From a virus, in the IMG/VR virus record IMGVR_UViG_3300047678_000169, positions 1 through 64,000 of that record: 64,000 bases of DNA; one strand, written 5' to 3'. Below are positions 18,538 through 28,886 of the stretch, piece after piece (position 1 is the first letter of the stretch; every line of letters begins with the position of its first letter). The notes under the pieces are model-generated. The model had not been told where the DNA came from and did no database searches. It saw only the letters and a list, made by a program, of their open reading frames with translations. Both the position numbers and the translations under genes were made by a program.

Positions 18538-19330
18538 GTTCGTATTCCTTCACTTTGTTAGAAGCCTCTATTGGAGATTGATAGTATCCAAGGCATTTTC
18601 TTTTTCTGTTTTCGTAAATATAAGCAAGAAATTTTTTTCTCTTTGTTATAAAATAAACCCCTCTATAACCTGAAATTCCAACCGGCTTCGCTAGAGACAT
18701 TTTTCTTCTTGTTTGTTTACTAAAAATTCTTCCCATTAGAGATTTTGAAATATTCTTATTTTGTAAAATTGAGTGTTTTCTGTTTTTTTGAAATTCGGAC
18801 ATCCTTTTTCTTGTGATAATTGAGCAAATTCTGCCGGCAGCAGACCTTGACATTTTTTGTTTTGTTTTGTTCGTGTGGTTCTTTCCGAACATTGGATGAT
18901 TTTTTCCGCTTAAGGCCATTGATAGTTTTTTCTTTGTAAAATCACTGACTTCGTAGTTATCACCTCCAGTTGTCAAATTATATCCAAATTCATTCTTACC
19001 GTGAAAGGTATTGAACATTTTGATATACTTTACCTCCAAACTATTCAACTCCTCCAAACAATCGGATGCATCAATGACATAACATTTGAAATTTTCTGGT
19101 CTTTTTCTCAATTTACTTTGAAAAAGAAATGCTTCATCATAAATCAAATGGCCCTTGGTTCTGTAAAATATACGATTTCTTGTTTGTCCAATATAAACAG
19201 GAATATTGTTTTCCGTCCAAAGATATATTACATTTGATAGATTACACCCAACACATTCGTTGTAAAATCCATCATAACAAATTGGGTATATATTATCAAA
19301 CATTTTTGTATTTCTTTGCTTTAGTATCAA
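18515..19330 (-). mobile_element. GIY-YIG homing endonuclease with NUMOD3 repeats and AP2-like C-terminus
   Basis: VIY..VYIGQT, GYNLTTGG, KNHPMFGKNHT, SGYRGVY..LGYY. Confidence 0.85.
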
Positions 19331-19604
19331 TGTGTGAAATCAACTCATTGAAGAAAATGATGGCGCTTTCGTCTGCTGCTCCTTCAAATTTGAGGCATCC
19401 ACTCTCCCACGATAGAGTTGCAATTTTTCCAGTTTTTGGGTCGTGGAATGAAATTATTGGAAAATTGCTCACAGTTAATAGCCACGGAGTTAACCCAATG
19501 GAGTTGACTTTAAATTCTCCAAACGGAGTTTCTTCTATAAATTCTAATGGGAGTTCTAATTGTTCTCCGGACACCTCTAAAGGTAATTCAAATTGTTCTT
19601 TCAT
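19296..19604 (-). CDS. hypothetical protein with tandem Q(F/L)ELPL motifs
   Basis: MKEQFELPLEVSGEQLELPLEF. Confidence 0.55.
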   Translation of the reverse strand: MKEQFELPLEVSGEQLELPLEFIEETPFGEFKVNSIGLTPWLLTVSNFPIISFHDPKTGKIATLSWESGCLKFEGAADESAIIFFNELISHIDTKAKKYKNV

Positions 19605-19605
19605 A

Positions 19606-20061
19606 TCATTTCAGTTGTTTAAGCCACTTGTTAAAATTCAAATCCCATTCACCGAGAGGTATTCTGGTTTCTGGTCTGTTTTGATATTCTTTCAGTTTTA
19701 TTTTTACTTCCGGTCTATTTGCTGGATTATTTTTGCCTGTCAATCCGTAAAAATGATTGTTGGTGCCCATCTTTGAAATAGATACTTTCTTTCTCATTTC
19801 CTCCGACACATTTCTTATTCTACAACAACAAGAATTACAGTTTTTTCCTTTAAGTGTTTTATATTGAGAAAGAAAGCATAATTTAATTTTTCCGCACGTT
19901 GGGCATCTTTTTACCCACTTTCTTATTTTTCCAATATCTATCCATTCGTTCCCCGTTGAGTCTATTTTTGTGTTTAGAATGATATCTCCTAGCTCTAGCA
20001 CGTTGGAGTTCAAGCAATTCTTCTTTAGTTCTATGTAATTTTCTTCTTCCCATACGTTCAT
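19606..20061 (-). CDS. Zn-ribbon/NUMOD3 protein, probable truncated homing endonuclease
   Basis: CPTCG..CNSC, KMGTNNHFYG, GKNNPA; no nuclease domain seen. Confidence 0.55.
   Translation of the reverse strand: MNVWEEENYIELKKNCLNSNVLELGDIILNTKIDSTGNEWIDIGKIRKWVKRCPTCGKIKLCFLSQYKTLKGKNCNSCCCRIRNVSEEMRKKVSISKMGTNNHFYGLTGKNNPANRPEVKIKLKEYQNRPETRIPLGEWDLNFNKWLKQLK
19883..20053 (-). CDS. small basic MGRK-type protein (56 aa)
   Basis: MGRRKLHRTKEELLELQRARARRYHSKHKNRLNGERMDRYWKNKK...; TATTTATA upstream; paralogs at 26596-26733 and 46351-46503. Confidence 0.65.
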   Translation of the reverse strand: MGRRKLHRTKEELLELQRARARRYHSKHKNRLNGERMDRYWKNKKVGKKMPNVRKN

Positions 20062-20083
20062 TTCCTATAAATATATCGTCACA

Positions 20084-20881
20084 TCATAAATCGTCACGGA
20101 ATACATAACTTTCTGCTTTTTTTCGTAGTTCTAAATAATCTTTTGTTCTTTTTATAACGGCGTGAAAAAATTCTGACTGACCGGCTTCTGCCTTTTGACA
20201 ATATTCTTGAATGTTTATTCCAGCCACGCCTTTTTTCACTGTCATTGAATTGTGATGAATAACACTTACGAGGTCACTCACTTTTATTTTCCAACCCCTG
20301 TCTTGGCATGTCAAAGCAAACAAAAAATCTATACCAAATCCCATTATCAAACTTGGGTGTATTTCTTTTATCTCTTCAAGGAGTCTTTTCGAAATCAATG
20401 GGCATTGAAAATCTATGAACGGAACTTCTCTTGTCACCTTCCCATAACCATGCATAGTTTTCCAATGACATTGTTTGTTTGGTTCTACATTATAAAAGCT
20501 TGGAGATATGAGGTCGCATTGTGGATTTATTTGATAATTTTCCGGGTCTTCTTTCCTATTAAATGTAAGACCAAACATCTCTGCTCTTAACACTCTGACA
20601 AAATTATATCCGTGAATTGTAAGGTCGTTGTTCAAAAACAACATTGAATCGTATGTTGGGTCATCGATTACCATCTGCATCGCAGCATTGAATCCGCCGC
20701 CGAAGTAAACGTTCTTTTCAATTCGATGGGTTGTGTGCTTACTTGTTCCTTCGGAGGAAGAGCCATTATCAAATACCATCAAGTCATAATCATCTCGCTC
20801 ATATGGCTTGAGCGACTCAAACAACATATCTGTGTAATCAGGTAGGTTGTGATTCAGTATTATTGCGGCTGACTTTTTCAT
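20084..20881 (-). CDS. GT2-like glycosyltransferase
   Basis: IILNHN, VFDNGS, LFLNND, GFGIDF. Confidence 0.8.
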   Translation of the reverse strand: MKKSAAIILNHNLPDYTDMLFESLKPYERDDYDLMVFDNGSSSEGTSKHTTHRIEKNVYFGGGFNAAMQMVIDDPTYDSMLFLNNDLTIHGYNFVRVLRAEMFGLTFNRKEDPENYQINPQCDLISPSFYNVEPNKQCHWKTMHGYGKVTREVPFIDFQCPLISKRLLEEIKEIHPSLIMGFGIDFLFALTCQDRGWKIKVSDLVSVIHHNSMTVKKGVAGINIQEYCQKAEAGQSEFFHAVIKRTKDYLELRKKAESYVFRDDL

Positions 20882-21296
20882 GTAGTTCGCTATTTGATGG
20901 GATTAAAATTCCGAAGTCCTCGAATATAATATTCGATTCCACAAATATGTAGTGGTCTTCTGGATAAGTCAATTCAAAATATAACTCCAACTCATGTTCG
21001 GTGTCGGCTCTGACATGTTTTATATTACCTGTTCGTGTATTCTTACACTCCCACAGCTGCTTCTTCTTGGCGACTATTTTATAGTCTCCGTTTTTATAAA
21101 CTTCCGTTAGATGATACCAGAACAATGGAGCGAATGTAAAAGTGACATACCTAAATAACATGGTAAAATCATTGACAGCTCCGATTTGAGCCATTTTTAA
21201 AATACCATAAATGGATGTGGCACACACTAAGAGAGATAGATAGAACGCTAAAACTGAAAAGAAGTAAGCGGGTTTATTTCGTTTTGATATAATCAT
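20838..21296 (-). CDS. membrane protein (2 TM)
   Basis: Two hydrophobic segments in the N-terminal half. Confidence 0.55.
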   Translation of the reverse strand: MIISKRNKPAYFFSVLAFYLSLLVCATSIYGILKMAQIGAVNDFTMLFRYVTFTFAPLFWYHLTEVYKNGDYKIVAKKKQLWECKNTRTGNIKHVRADTEHELELYFELTYPEDHYIFVESNIIFEDFGILIPSNSELHEKVSRNNTESQPT

Positions 21297-21933
21297 TTGA
21301 TTTAAGGGGCCAAGGTGTTACTAAGTCAAATTTATCCTCATCATTTAAATTCAATTCAACAATTTGACAATTTTTTGAGTTACCGAGATTGTGAAATTCA
21401 TCAACTGTCCAATGCAACCATCGCATCAAAAGGACTCTCATAGCGTATCCATGTGTAACAATAAGAACGTTCTCAGGAAAATCTTCTTTCTTGAAGTCTC
21501 TATAAATTGTTTCTAAAAATCCAGTCATTCGGTCATACACATCAGCTCCAGATTCACCATCGGGAATTCTATAGAAGAAGTGTCCATATGCTTGTCTTTC
21601 CTTATCTATCGCAGAGTGCTCCTCCGCGACTCCCAAGTGACCCCACTCTTGTTCACGTAATCTTGGGTCTTCCTTGACAAAATCAACATTATCAGAATCG
21701 ATATTGACCGACATGTTTCTCCATGTTTCCTTCGTTCTTAAAAATGGGGAAACATAAACTCCAAGCTTCTCCCAGCTAATTTGGTCGGAAATATACTTAC
21801 CAGCCTTTAGAGATTGGTCAATGCCAAGCTCTGTCAAAGGAATCTTCCAATCTGGAATAACTGCGTGAACGTTTAGGTCGGCATTGGCAGTTGATTGCCC
21901 ATGTCTGATGATAAAGATTCTCTTTGGCTTCAT
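21274..21933 (-). CDS. histidine phosphatase (phosphoglycerate mutase family)
   Basis: IRHGQS, SPFLRT, LREQEWG, GES, LIVTHG. Confidence 0.92.
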   Translation of the reverse strand: MKPKRIFIIRHGQSTANADLNVHAVIPDWKIPLTELGIDQSLKAGKYISDQISWEKLGVYVSPFLRTKETWRNMSVNIDSDNVDFVKEDPRLREQEWGHLGVAEEHSAIDKERQAYGHFFYRIPDGESGADVYDRMTGFLETIYRDFKKEDFPENVLIVTHGYAMRVLLMRWLHWTVDEFHNLGNSKNCQIVELNLNDEDKFDLVTPWPLKSNDYIKTK

Positions 21934-23279
21934 ACTTCGTCTTCGAAAAAGTCTACTTCTGGCTTTGGTTGGTGGTTATAGAAATCCAAACATTTTTGAT
22001 TAACCATAATCTTGCTTGGATGAAATTTAGTCAATCGAAGAGAGCCGAGGTTGCGGACTCGACTTAGAGCTACATACACCTGCCCCGCGGCAAATGCTTC
22101 ATTGATGTTGATTTCAGCGCGGTCGAGTGTCTGTCCCTGCGACTTGTGGACAGTCAATGCCCAAGCCAACTTGAGAGGAATTTGTTTACGTGAGGCAACA
22201 ATGGTTGGCTTCATGTTGCCCAAACCATCGTCCTCAATCTGTCGTAGTTCCCACTTTTGGGGTTCGATTGATTGAGTCAACCCATCGGCAAATTTTACTG
22301 TTACAAACTCAGGATACATTTCGGTGACAATACCAACGCTTCCATTGACCAATTTCAATTCAACGTCAAGATTCTTGAGAAGCATGACTTGAGCACCAAC
22401 CTTCAACTCCAATGTAGAAGGTGCTCGGCAGTTCTTATCGAAGAATTTTGTCCACTGTTCGCCACCTTCATCGGAACAGTAGTAATGTCGTGAAGCTCCT
22501 TCGATTTTATTGAGCTCTTTTTGGTTGAATTCATCTACGTCAACGTTTTTACAAAACAATTTTACCGGCACAATACCATCTGTGGGGAAGTCACGGCCAA
22601 TACAATCGTCGAGAATGTCGAAGTTTTTACACTCACCCTTTCTCACTTCGTTGAGAAATTCAGCAAATTCTGGTTCGTCATGCTGACGAACAATCTCTGT
22701 TAGATGAACAGTGGAAACTCGAGCGTCCTTCCACGCTTGAGATTCGAAAGCAAAAACTTCCCTTTCAAATCTTTCAAATACAGGAGGAAGCTGGAGAAAG
22801 TCTCCGACAAAAATTACTTGAATACCACCAAACGGCTTTCCGTTATTACGGATAAATTGGCAGACAATATCAAGCTTTTCTACCAAGTCAGCTTTAGCCA
22901 TTGAAATTTCGTCAATGATTAGAACCTTGGAACTCTTGATTCGATTGCTGGCCTTTCGATTGGACGACGCCTTCTCCAACAGAGCCATACCATTTTCATC
23001 CGCTAATCCCATTCCAGACCAAGAATGAATGGTGATTCCGCTGATGTTAATGGCCGCGACTCCTGTAGTAGCGGTCTTACCATAGAATATCTCCATTTCA
23101 TCTAGGAACTTGATGAGCAACATCATACAGTATGTCTTGCCCGTTCCTGCAGGGCCTGTCAAGAAGATATTTTTCTTGTCAAAAAATCTGACGAAGAACT
23201 CTTTTTGTAGCTTGGTTAGTTCCTTCCATTCAGGCCTTTGCTTGAATATAGAAAGTAATGAACGATTTACAGACGCCAT
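21930..23279 (-). CDS. pif1: Pif1-family SF1B helicase
   Basis: GPAGTGKT, DEISM, PFGGIQ, GDFLQLPPV, HKSQGQT, YVALSR. Confidence 0.93.
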   Translation of the reverse strand: MASVNRSLLSIFKQRPEWKELTKLQKEFFVRFFDKKNIFLTGPAGTGKTYCMMLLIKFLDEMEIFYGKTATTGVAAINISGITIHSWSGMGLADENGMALLEKASSNRKASNRIKSSKVLIIDEISMAKADLVEKLDIVCQFIRNNGKPFGGIQVIFVGDFLQLPPVFERFEREVFAFESQAWKDARVSTVHLTEIVRQHDEPEFAEFLNEVRKGECKNFDILDDCIGRDFPTDGIVPVKLFCKNVDVDEFNQKELNKIEGASRHYYCSDEGGEQWTKFFDKNCRAPSTLELKVGAQVMLLKNLDVELKLVNGSVGIVTEMYPEFVTVKFADGLTQSIEPQKWELRQIEDDGLGNMKPTIVASRKQIPLKLAWALTVHKSQGQTLDRAEININEAFAAGQVYVALSRVRNLGSLRLTKFHPSKIMVNQKCLDFYNHQPKPEVDFFEDEV

Positions 23280-23336
23280 ATCATGAGACTACACAGCTCA
23301 TCACCAAAGTCAATGATAGACTAATTAAAATAAGTC

Positions 23337-23651
23337 TCAATAATCCGTTCGTTTCAATCGGTCAATTTCGGCTGCTATCAAAGCGCCGGCCTTAGCCAAT
23401 TCTTTAATTCTTTCATCCACCGTTGGTCTAGCGCCAGGCTTCCACCACGAAACATCCCAAGGCCAACGATAAGTTCTACCTACGGTTAGGTCATACCCCA
23501 TTCCTTTAACATAAACGTTCGAGCAAGCAGCATAACATGCCGCTGCTTCAGCCAATTGTCCGTCTGTATATTGGTCGTCTCTATTTGAATCAAAGCCTTC
23601 TTCGTTGACTTGTCTTTCTCTCTCTTGTGTGATAATTTCGATGCCTGTCAT
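23337..23651 (-). CDS. conserved phage protein
   Basis: ERERQ..EG..DD.Y..GQLA.AA.CY..WPW..WWKP..L.KAGALI.AEIDR pattern, common in phages. Confidence 0.7.
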   Translation of the reverse strand: MTGIEIITQERERQVNEEGFDSNRDDQYTDGQLAEAAACYAACSNVYVKGMGYDLTVGRTYRWPWDVSWWKPGARPTVDERIKELAKAGALIAAEIDRLKRTDY

Positions 23652-23654
23652 AAA

Positions 23655-24464
23655 TTAATAGTGTAAAGGTGCTCCCCAATTACTCTGCATAACGATTCCG
23701 CTGAATACTTGGGCCAAATGCTCTTCTTTGTATCCGAGTCTCTTAAATTCTTCGTATTGAGGCTTGTAATGGAAGAATTTGAACATCGGTTCGATTGGGT
23801 GAATTGGAATTGCACCACTTACCAACAACCATTCTCCATACCAAGAGAATTCAGATGGAACAGTCTTGATAAGGTCTTCAAACTTCAATCCATTTGGCTC
23901 AAGATAGTTTACTTCAAGAGATTTCCAAACGATACCACTCCAAATGATAGGACCTGGTCCAAAATCATAGAATCGTCCTTTGCGGTCAAATACATCCATG
24001 ACCTTTTGGCGACATTCCTTGAAACTTCCATACGGGTCGAATCCAAGAACCGAAGTTTTGTTACATGTCCAAGTGAACAAATCTTTTTGCTCATGCATCA
24101 CTGTGTATGGAATATCACTGGTTCCTTCCACGATAAAATCGCTGACGTAAAATGGTCGGATAAAATATGAGTCACTGTCAATCATGACGTAGTTGGCACA
24201 CAGACCAAGCTTCCAAAAGCTGCTCTTGACAATCTGTTGGGTTGTCCATGATTCGGCTTGAGAGTGGTCGTAGATGGATTCATCTTCAACTAAAATGTAG
24301 CCAGTGGTTCCCAATGAATGCTTGAATATTTCTATATCTGCTTTTGGAACTGAAATGTAGAATGGAATATTATCGTTGTTGTATTTGAAGATAGAATCGA
24401 GCAACACTTTAGCTCTTGAAACGTCTCCACGATATGACTTACAGTATAGAACAATATTTTTCAT
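23655..24464 (-). CDS. DUF6492-like (GT-A fold) protein
   Basis: KSYRGD, W..QQIVK, YVMIDSD, SEFSWYG. Confidence 0.6.
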   Translation of the reverse strand: MKNIVLYCKSYRGDVSRAKVLLDSIFKYNNDNIPFYISVPKADIEIFKHSLGTTGYILVEDESIYDHSQAESWTTQQIVKSSFWKLGLCANYVMIDSDSYFIRPFYVSDFIVEGTSDIPYTVMHEQKDLFTWTCNKTSVLGFDPYGSFKECRQKVMDVFDRKGRFYDFGPGPIIWSGIVWKSLEVNYLEPNGLKFEDLIKTVPSEFSWYGEWLLVSGAIPIHPIEPMFKFFHYKPQYEEFKRLGYKEEHLAQVFSGIVMQSNWGAPLHY

Positions 24465-25165
24465 GTGCGAGGGAGCCAGTAGGTGTGGGTAAAATTGGTA
24501 TCTTCTTGTAACATATTAAGATATTCGAGCTGAGTCAATTCTTTTTCGTCCAGACTGTATATTTTATAGTTTATAGAATCGGGATATTCCGCCAGTGAAT
24601 TAACTTGAAAACCGTAGCCCGGCAGAAATTTATTATGTCCCTCAATGAATATTATTGGTCGGTATGCTTCTATAACTTGTAAGGCTCCATTCAACACGGA
24701 AATTTCATACCCCTCCACATCAATTTTTATTACATCAGGACAAATGTTGTTCATTCGACAAAAATCATCGATTTTCATCAAAACAATTTTATCATTTCCT
24801 GGCAAAGACAATGCATGAAAATCATCCGAATTAAAATTAGCAATTCCGGTCTTGTCACCAACCAACATTTTTTGAGGATATATTTTCTTATCCTTATTAG
24901 CTAAATATAACTGTGTATAATGTGGCTGTTGAATGTGGCTTGGTTCAATGGCATAGCTTTCTCTCTTGTCATCTGCAAATAACAGACTGAATATTCCTAG
25001 TGCGGAGCCAACGTCAATTAAACACTTACAATTAGCCGTTTCTCTTAAAAACGCTTTCATTTCTTTGTTTTCTACAGAACCTTTGCTCAAACATCCATTG
25101 ATGTTGTCAACATACGCATAACCGTATGGAACTTCAAATGATTTTCCTTCAAACGAAGTTTTCAC
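24461..25165 (-). CDS. FkbM-family methyltransferase
   Basis: IDVGSALG, AIEP, IKIDVEGYE. Confidence 0.88.
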   Translation of the reverse strand: MKTSFEGKSFEVPYGYAYVDNINGCLSKGSVENKEMKAFLRETANCKCLIDVGSALGIFSLLFADDKRESYAIEPSHIQQPHYTQLYLANKDKKIYPQKMLVGDKTGIANFNSDDFHALSLPGNDKIVLMKIDDFCRMNNICPDVIKIDVEGYEISVLNGALQVIEAYRPIIFIEGHNKFLPGYGFQVNSLAEYPDSINYKIYSLDEKELTQLEYLNMLQEDTNFTHTYWLPRT

Positions 25166-25986
25166 AAACCCAATTCCTCTTTAAAATTATCAAATAACCA
25201 AGCAGTAACATCATTTCTGAATTTTACATCGCCCGTGATATGAACCACGTTGGTTATGTCTTTGAAGGAAGTTTTGGGGTCTAATTTGCGACCCAATGCG
25301 TCAATCTGGCCGTCAAATAGAGTCCTTAACGTGTAATCCATGACATTGAACGAACGCGGTAGCAATGTGACAGGAAACTTGTTGTCTCTTACTGTAAAAT
25401 TGAGAATGGTTTGGTCATCGGTAAAATCAGGAGATTTATTAACTTCACACCACTTTTTATATTCTCTATGAAAAAATTCATATACCTCGTCCAAAGCCTT
25501 CTTATGTTTTTTACTGTATATGACCATACCACCATTGATGTAATTTTCCCAAGAAACATCGGTTACTGTTGGAAACCAGTTTTCTCTAACCATTCTTATT
25601 GAACGGTTGAGTGCCGGTGCATATCCTCCGTCTGGACAACCCCCGAAGTTGCCATCAACCATCTTGAAAAAATCTGGCGCCCAAGGCATAATGAATGTAT
25701 CCCAATCAACCGCACATACTTGTTCAAATTCAATCTTGTTTTTCTCAAGTGCGTCTATAATCTTCATTCGCTGAAAGATTCCTGGAACCTTAGCTTGGTC
25801 TTCAAATTCCGTTTCAAGAAATATGAATTGATAACCATGTTTTTCACACCACGCGTGCCACGAATAAGCGCATCTTTGAACAAATGGTTGATGTGGGGGC
25901 GTGGTTGGGCCACGCATTGCAGTCATACACACTACGTTTTTCATATTGGCATCTCCTTGAAAGTTCTTATCCAAGCCCATCTCCAC
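25162..25986 (-). CDS. GT-A (GT8/GT34-like) glycosyltransferase
   Basis: VDWDT (DxD), YINGG, DDQTILN, SFN, VVHITG. Probable start MKNVV near 25944. Confidence 0.75.
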   Translation of the reverse strand: MEMGLDKNFQGDANMKNVVCMTAMRGPTTPPHQPFVQRCAYSWHAWCEKHGYQFIFLETEFEDQAKVPGIFQRMKIIDALEKNKIEFEQVCAVDWDTFIMPWAPDFFKMVDGNFGGCPDGGYAPALNRSIRMVRENWFPTVTDVSWENYINGGMVIYSKKHKKALDEVYEFFHREYKKWCEVNKSPDFTDDQTILNFTVRDNKFPVTLLPRSFNVMDYTLRTLFDGQIDALGRKLDPKTSFKDITNVVHITGDVKFRNDVTAWLFDNFKEELGL

Positions 25987-26714
25987 AACTGTGCAATACT
26001 TTTATTATGTTTATCTTCTTCTGTCAAAGTTCTTCCCTTAGAGAATGTATTTCCATTCATCCTCTGTGATTGTAATTTTTTATGTTCTTCCGTCCAAGTT
26101 TTACCAAGAGAATATTTGTTACCTATAGCGCTTTTACTAAGCTTTTGTTTGTGTTCATCGGAAAGTTTTTTTCCAAGAGTAGCGGTGTTTCCCATTTTTG
26201 CTATTGATAATTTCTTCCTATATTCATCAGATTTCATCATTGTCTGGAATTTTTCACTGTTCTTCATTCCATTAGATATTTTCTTCAATGTCTCTTTACA
26301 GACATTTGATGGGCTGTCCCCAGCTCCATAACAATTATATCCATTATGAACCGAATCTTTTTTATTTATCCAAAAATTTTCTCTACCTTTCAACCCAATT
26401 AAATTTGGTCGCTGTTCAAGTATATGAAAAACAAAATTTTCTATTCCATGCTTCATAATGGCTCTATAAAGTTTCCACTGTTTTGAAAATTTCAATTTCT
26501 TATAGTCTCCCCACCGTTTATGTATGTTCTTGCTCCTTCCAACATACCATTTATCAGGCTTGATTTTATTTTGTATTCCATACACACCAATGATTTCAGT
26601 CTTTAGATGCCCAATATCGTTGCATTTGAATTTTTTTATATCGTTCTTTATTTCGAGCGTAGTGTTCTCTTTTCCACCGTTTTTCAGCCTCTTGTTTTTC
26701 TTTAGTAGATTCAT
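25941..26714 (-). mobile_element. GIY-YIG homing endonuclease with NUMOD3 repeats
   Basis: GVYGIQN..WYVGRSKN..R, NGYN, repeated GKKLSDEHK. Confidence 0.85.
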
Positions 26715-26733
26715 ATATTTTTTTTCGTCCCAT
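26596..26733 (-). CDS. small basic MGRK-type protein (45 aa)
   Basis: MGRKKIYESTKEKQEAEKRWKREHYARNKERYKKIQMQRYWASKD; TACTTATA upstream. Confidence 0.65.
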   Translation of the reverse strand: MGRKKIYESTKEKQEAEKRWKREHYARNKERYKKIQMQRYWASKD

Positions 26734-26779
26734 TGTGGCGTCCTCTATAAGTATATAACTCTAAATAAAAAACTCTAAA

Positions 26780-27667
26780 TTATTGAACTATTTCTAACAT
26801 TTCTTTTACAACGGATTTGGTTGTAAGATTCTTTCTCGTGTGGTCTAACAATTGATTGACGGTATCTTTATACCAATTCATATCTATTTTTGCGCTAGCA
26901 ACTACCTCGTTGGATTTCAATATCAATTCCTTTGGAAATTTCATCATTGTTTCTGGAGGACATTTTTCCAAGTCCGGAAAATATGGTATGCAGCCGTTCA
27001 TAAGGATTTCTAGGTGTCTAAGCGTGTCCCACCCCCCCTTTTTGAAAGTCAAGCCAAAATATGATTTCTGATAGTCTTCGAAGTAAGGTTTCTCCTCATC
27101 GAAAATGTATGTTTCCAACTTTCCAGGTTGAACAGTTCCCCAATCTTGGGATTTCTCTGGAACAGAAGACAATACTTTTTCTTCTGGTATACAGAAATTA
27201 ATAGGATGTAATCTATCAGTTGGAGAAGTATTCAATTCACGTTTGAAAAGGTGACCGCCAACATCAATAAGACTATAATCAATTCCCTGATGGTCTTCTC
27301 CGTCGATGAAAATAATCTTACCCTTGTTGTAGACTTTCAATACTTCTTGTATGTAATCTTGACAACGAGTGATTGAGCCATAAACAACGTAATCAAAATA
27401 CTTGGAACGAATTTTATCGACCAAATCTATTCTTAGAGAGTCGTCTATGTCTTCAAACGTTCCATACAACGTAAATCCTCTTCCATAGCTTCTACCTTGG
27501 TCTGGAACTCTCTCAGTCCAATACTGCTCCTTGTCTTTTTTATACATATGCCAAATTTTATTAGCATCAATTACATCAGCTCCAAAAAGAGAGCGCAGAC
27601 CGTGAAACACCATGTCCGATTGAAAATCTGGTAAATCTCCCTTAGCTATGAATAGAATTTTCATCAT
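26780..27667 (-). CDS. putative glycosyltransferase (GT-B-like C-terminus)
   Basis: FIDGED, FKRE, S.FGLTFKKGGWDTLRHLEILMNGCIP. Confidence 0.6.
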   Translation of the reverse strand: MMKILFIAKGDLPDFQSDMVFHGLRSLFGADVIDANKIWHMYKKDKEQYWTERVPDQGRSYGRGFTLYGTFEDIDDSLRIDLVDKIRSKYFDYVVYGSITRCQDYIQEVLKVYNKGKIIFIDGEDHQGIDYSLIDVGGHLFKRELNTSPTDRLHPINFCIPEEKVLSSVPEKSQDWGTVQPGKLETYIFDEEKPYFEDYQKSYFGLTFKKGGWDTLRHLEILMNGCIPYFPDLEKCPPETMMKFPKELILKSNEVVASAKIDMNWYKDTVNQLLDHTRKNLTTKSVVKEMLEIVQ

Positions 27668-28392
27668 TATATTATGGCTCTACCATGTGGTTTTGTCAAT
27701 GAGAATTTAATATCATCTCTCACGGCCAAAGAAATTTGTCTAGCTGAAAAATAAGTGGCCAAGATATTCTCAGCGTTTTCAAAGTGGTGTGAATTTAGGT
27801 TGGTCACAAACCTTGGAACATATAGAAAACATTCACAAGCAGCAGTCATAACGTCCGGCCTTCCCCAAAATATTTGGTCAATGATTCCCATGTGGCCGGT
27901 TCTTACGATTAGATTTCCAATTTCAATGTCTTTGATACTTGGTTCGACAATATCTTGAACAAGTTCCGTGTCGAATCGGAGCCTAACTACAGCATCATAG
28001 GTTGTTCCAGTTTCTGCTGAATAAACAATTCTCAGATGGTCAGCATCATATATCTTTCGAAACATCGAATTGTTTTGAGACAGTTGAGAACCATTTCTGG
28101 TTACTATACCCTTCCATTTGGTTTCTAATCTATTTACAGAACCATCGGTAGCTCTCTCGATGTGGAAATTTCCATGAACTGGCTTGTAGGTGGATAAAAG
28201 CCTATCGGTTACGTCGCTAAATTCAAGAGGCGTTGTTGCATGATGAACGAATTGGACGCCCACGCCACTCTCCACCCAACTGGATAAGAATACATCGCAA
28301 TCATACTTATCCAACAAAAATTGTTTCAATGCTGGATAGGTTAATTTGTCCCCATCACGTAAATGACCAGATATACAGACAGCTATTTTCAT
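27667..28392 (-). CDS. polysaccharide-locus protein of the MKIAVCISG.LR family (putative transferase)
   Basis: MKIAVCISGHLR, YDAVVRLRFD, DQIFWG. Confidence 0.6.
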   Translation of the reverse strand: MKIAVCISGHLRDGDKLTYPALKQFLLDKYDCDVFLSSWVESGVGVQFVHHATTPLEFSDVTDRLLSTYKPVHGNFHIERATDGSVNRLETKWKGIVTRNGSQLSQNNSMFRKIYDADHLRIVYSAETGTTYDAVVRLRFDTELVQDIVEPSIKDIEIGNLIVRTGHMGIIDQIFWGRPDVMTAACECFLYVPRFVTNLNSHHFENAENILATYFSARQISLAVRDDIKFSLTKPHGRAII

Positions 28393-28886
28393 TGTAAATC
28401 TTTCTTGAGTTGTTCAACGTTTTTAGAGCATATTCCATATGCTTTCTTCATTTCTTCTCTAGACCACCCATTCTCCTCAGGCATTACTAATACACTTCTT
28501 GGTAAAGCAAATTTATAAGGATTGTTAACATGTGTCCAAACATAAGCTCGGCTGGTGATGGTATAGTCATCCTCTTGATGCCAAAAATAATGCATAGGAT
28601 TGAATGTAGCCGTCAACCATCTTGGACACGATGAAAGGACGCTCAAAGCATCAATGTTCTTACAATGGAGCCACAACCCATCCTTGAATATGAAATCACT
28701 TGGAACTTCATATTCAGGTTTGTCATGTCCTAAGAACCACTTACCATCGATATATCGAATATCAACCTCGACATCATATCCGAGCATCAAAGCAAAGTTG
28801 ACCCTTTCTGGATGATTTTCTAATCCAGAATTTGGCCCGGCTATCAATGCTCTGTGTGCGATTAATTTCAAGACTTGATTCCCCAT
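28389..28886 (-). CDS. GDPD-like (PLC-like) phosphodiesterase
   Basis: IAHRA, EN, DVEVDI, LGHD, WLHCKN, FWHQEDDYT. Confidence 0.75.
   Translation of the reverse strand: MGNQVLKLIAHRALIAGPNSGLENHPERVNFALMLGYDVEVDIRYIDGKWFLGHDKPEYEVPSDFIFKDGLWLHCKNIDALSVLSSCPRWLTATFNPMHYFWHQEDDYTITSRAYVWTHVNNPYKFALPRSVLVMPEENGWSREEMKKAYGICSKNVEQLKKDLQ

Noticed and set aside
18515-26714. Group I introns or inteins housing the endonucleases
   Set aside because: Flanking genes look complete rather than split and no intron core was recognised; the endonuclease genes appear free-standing.
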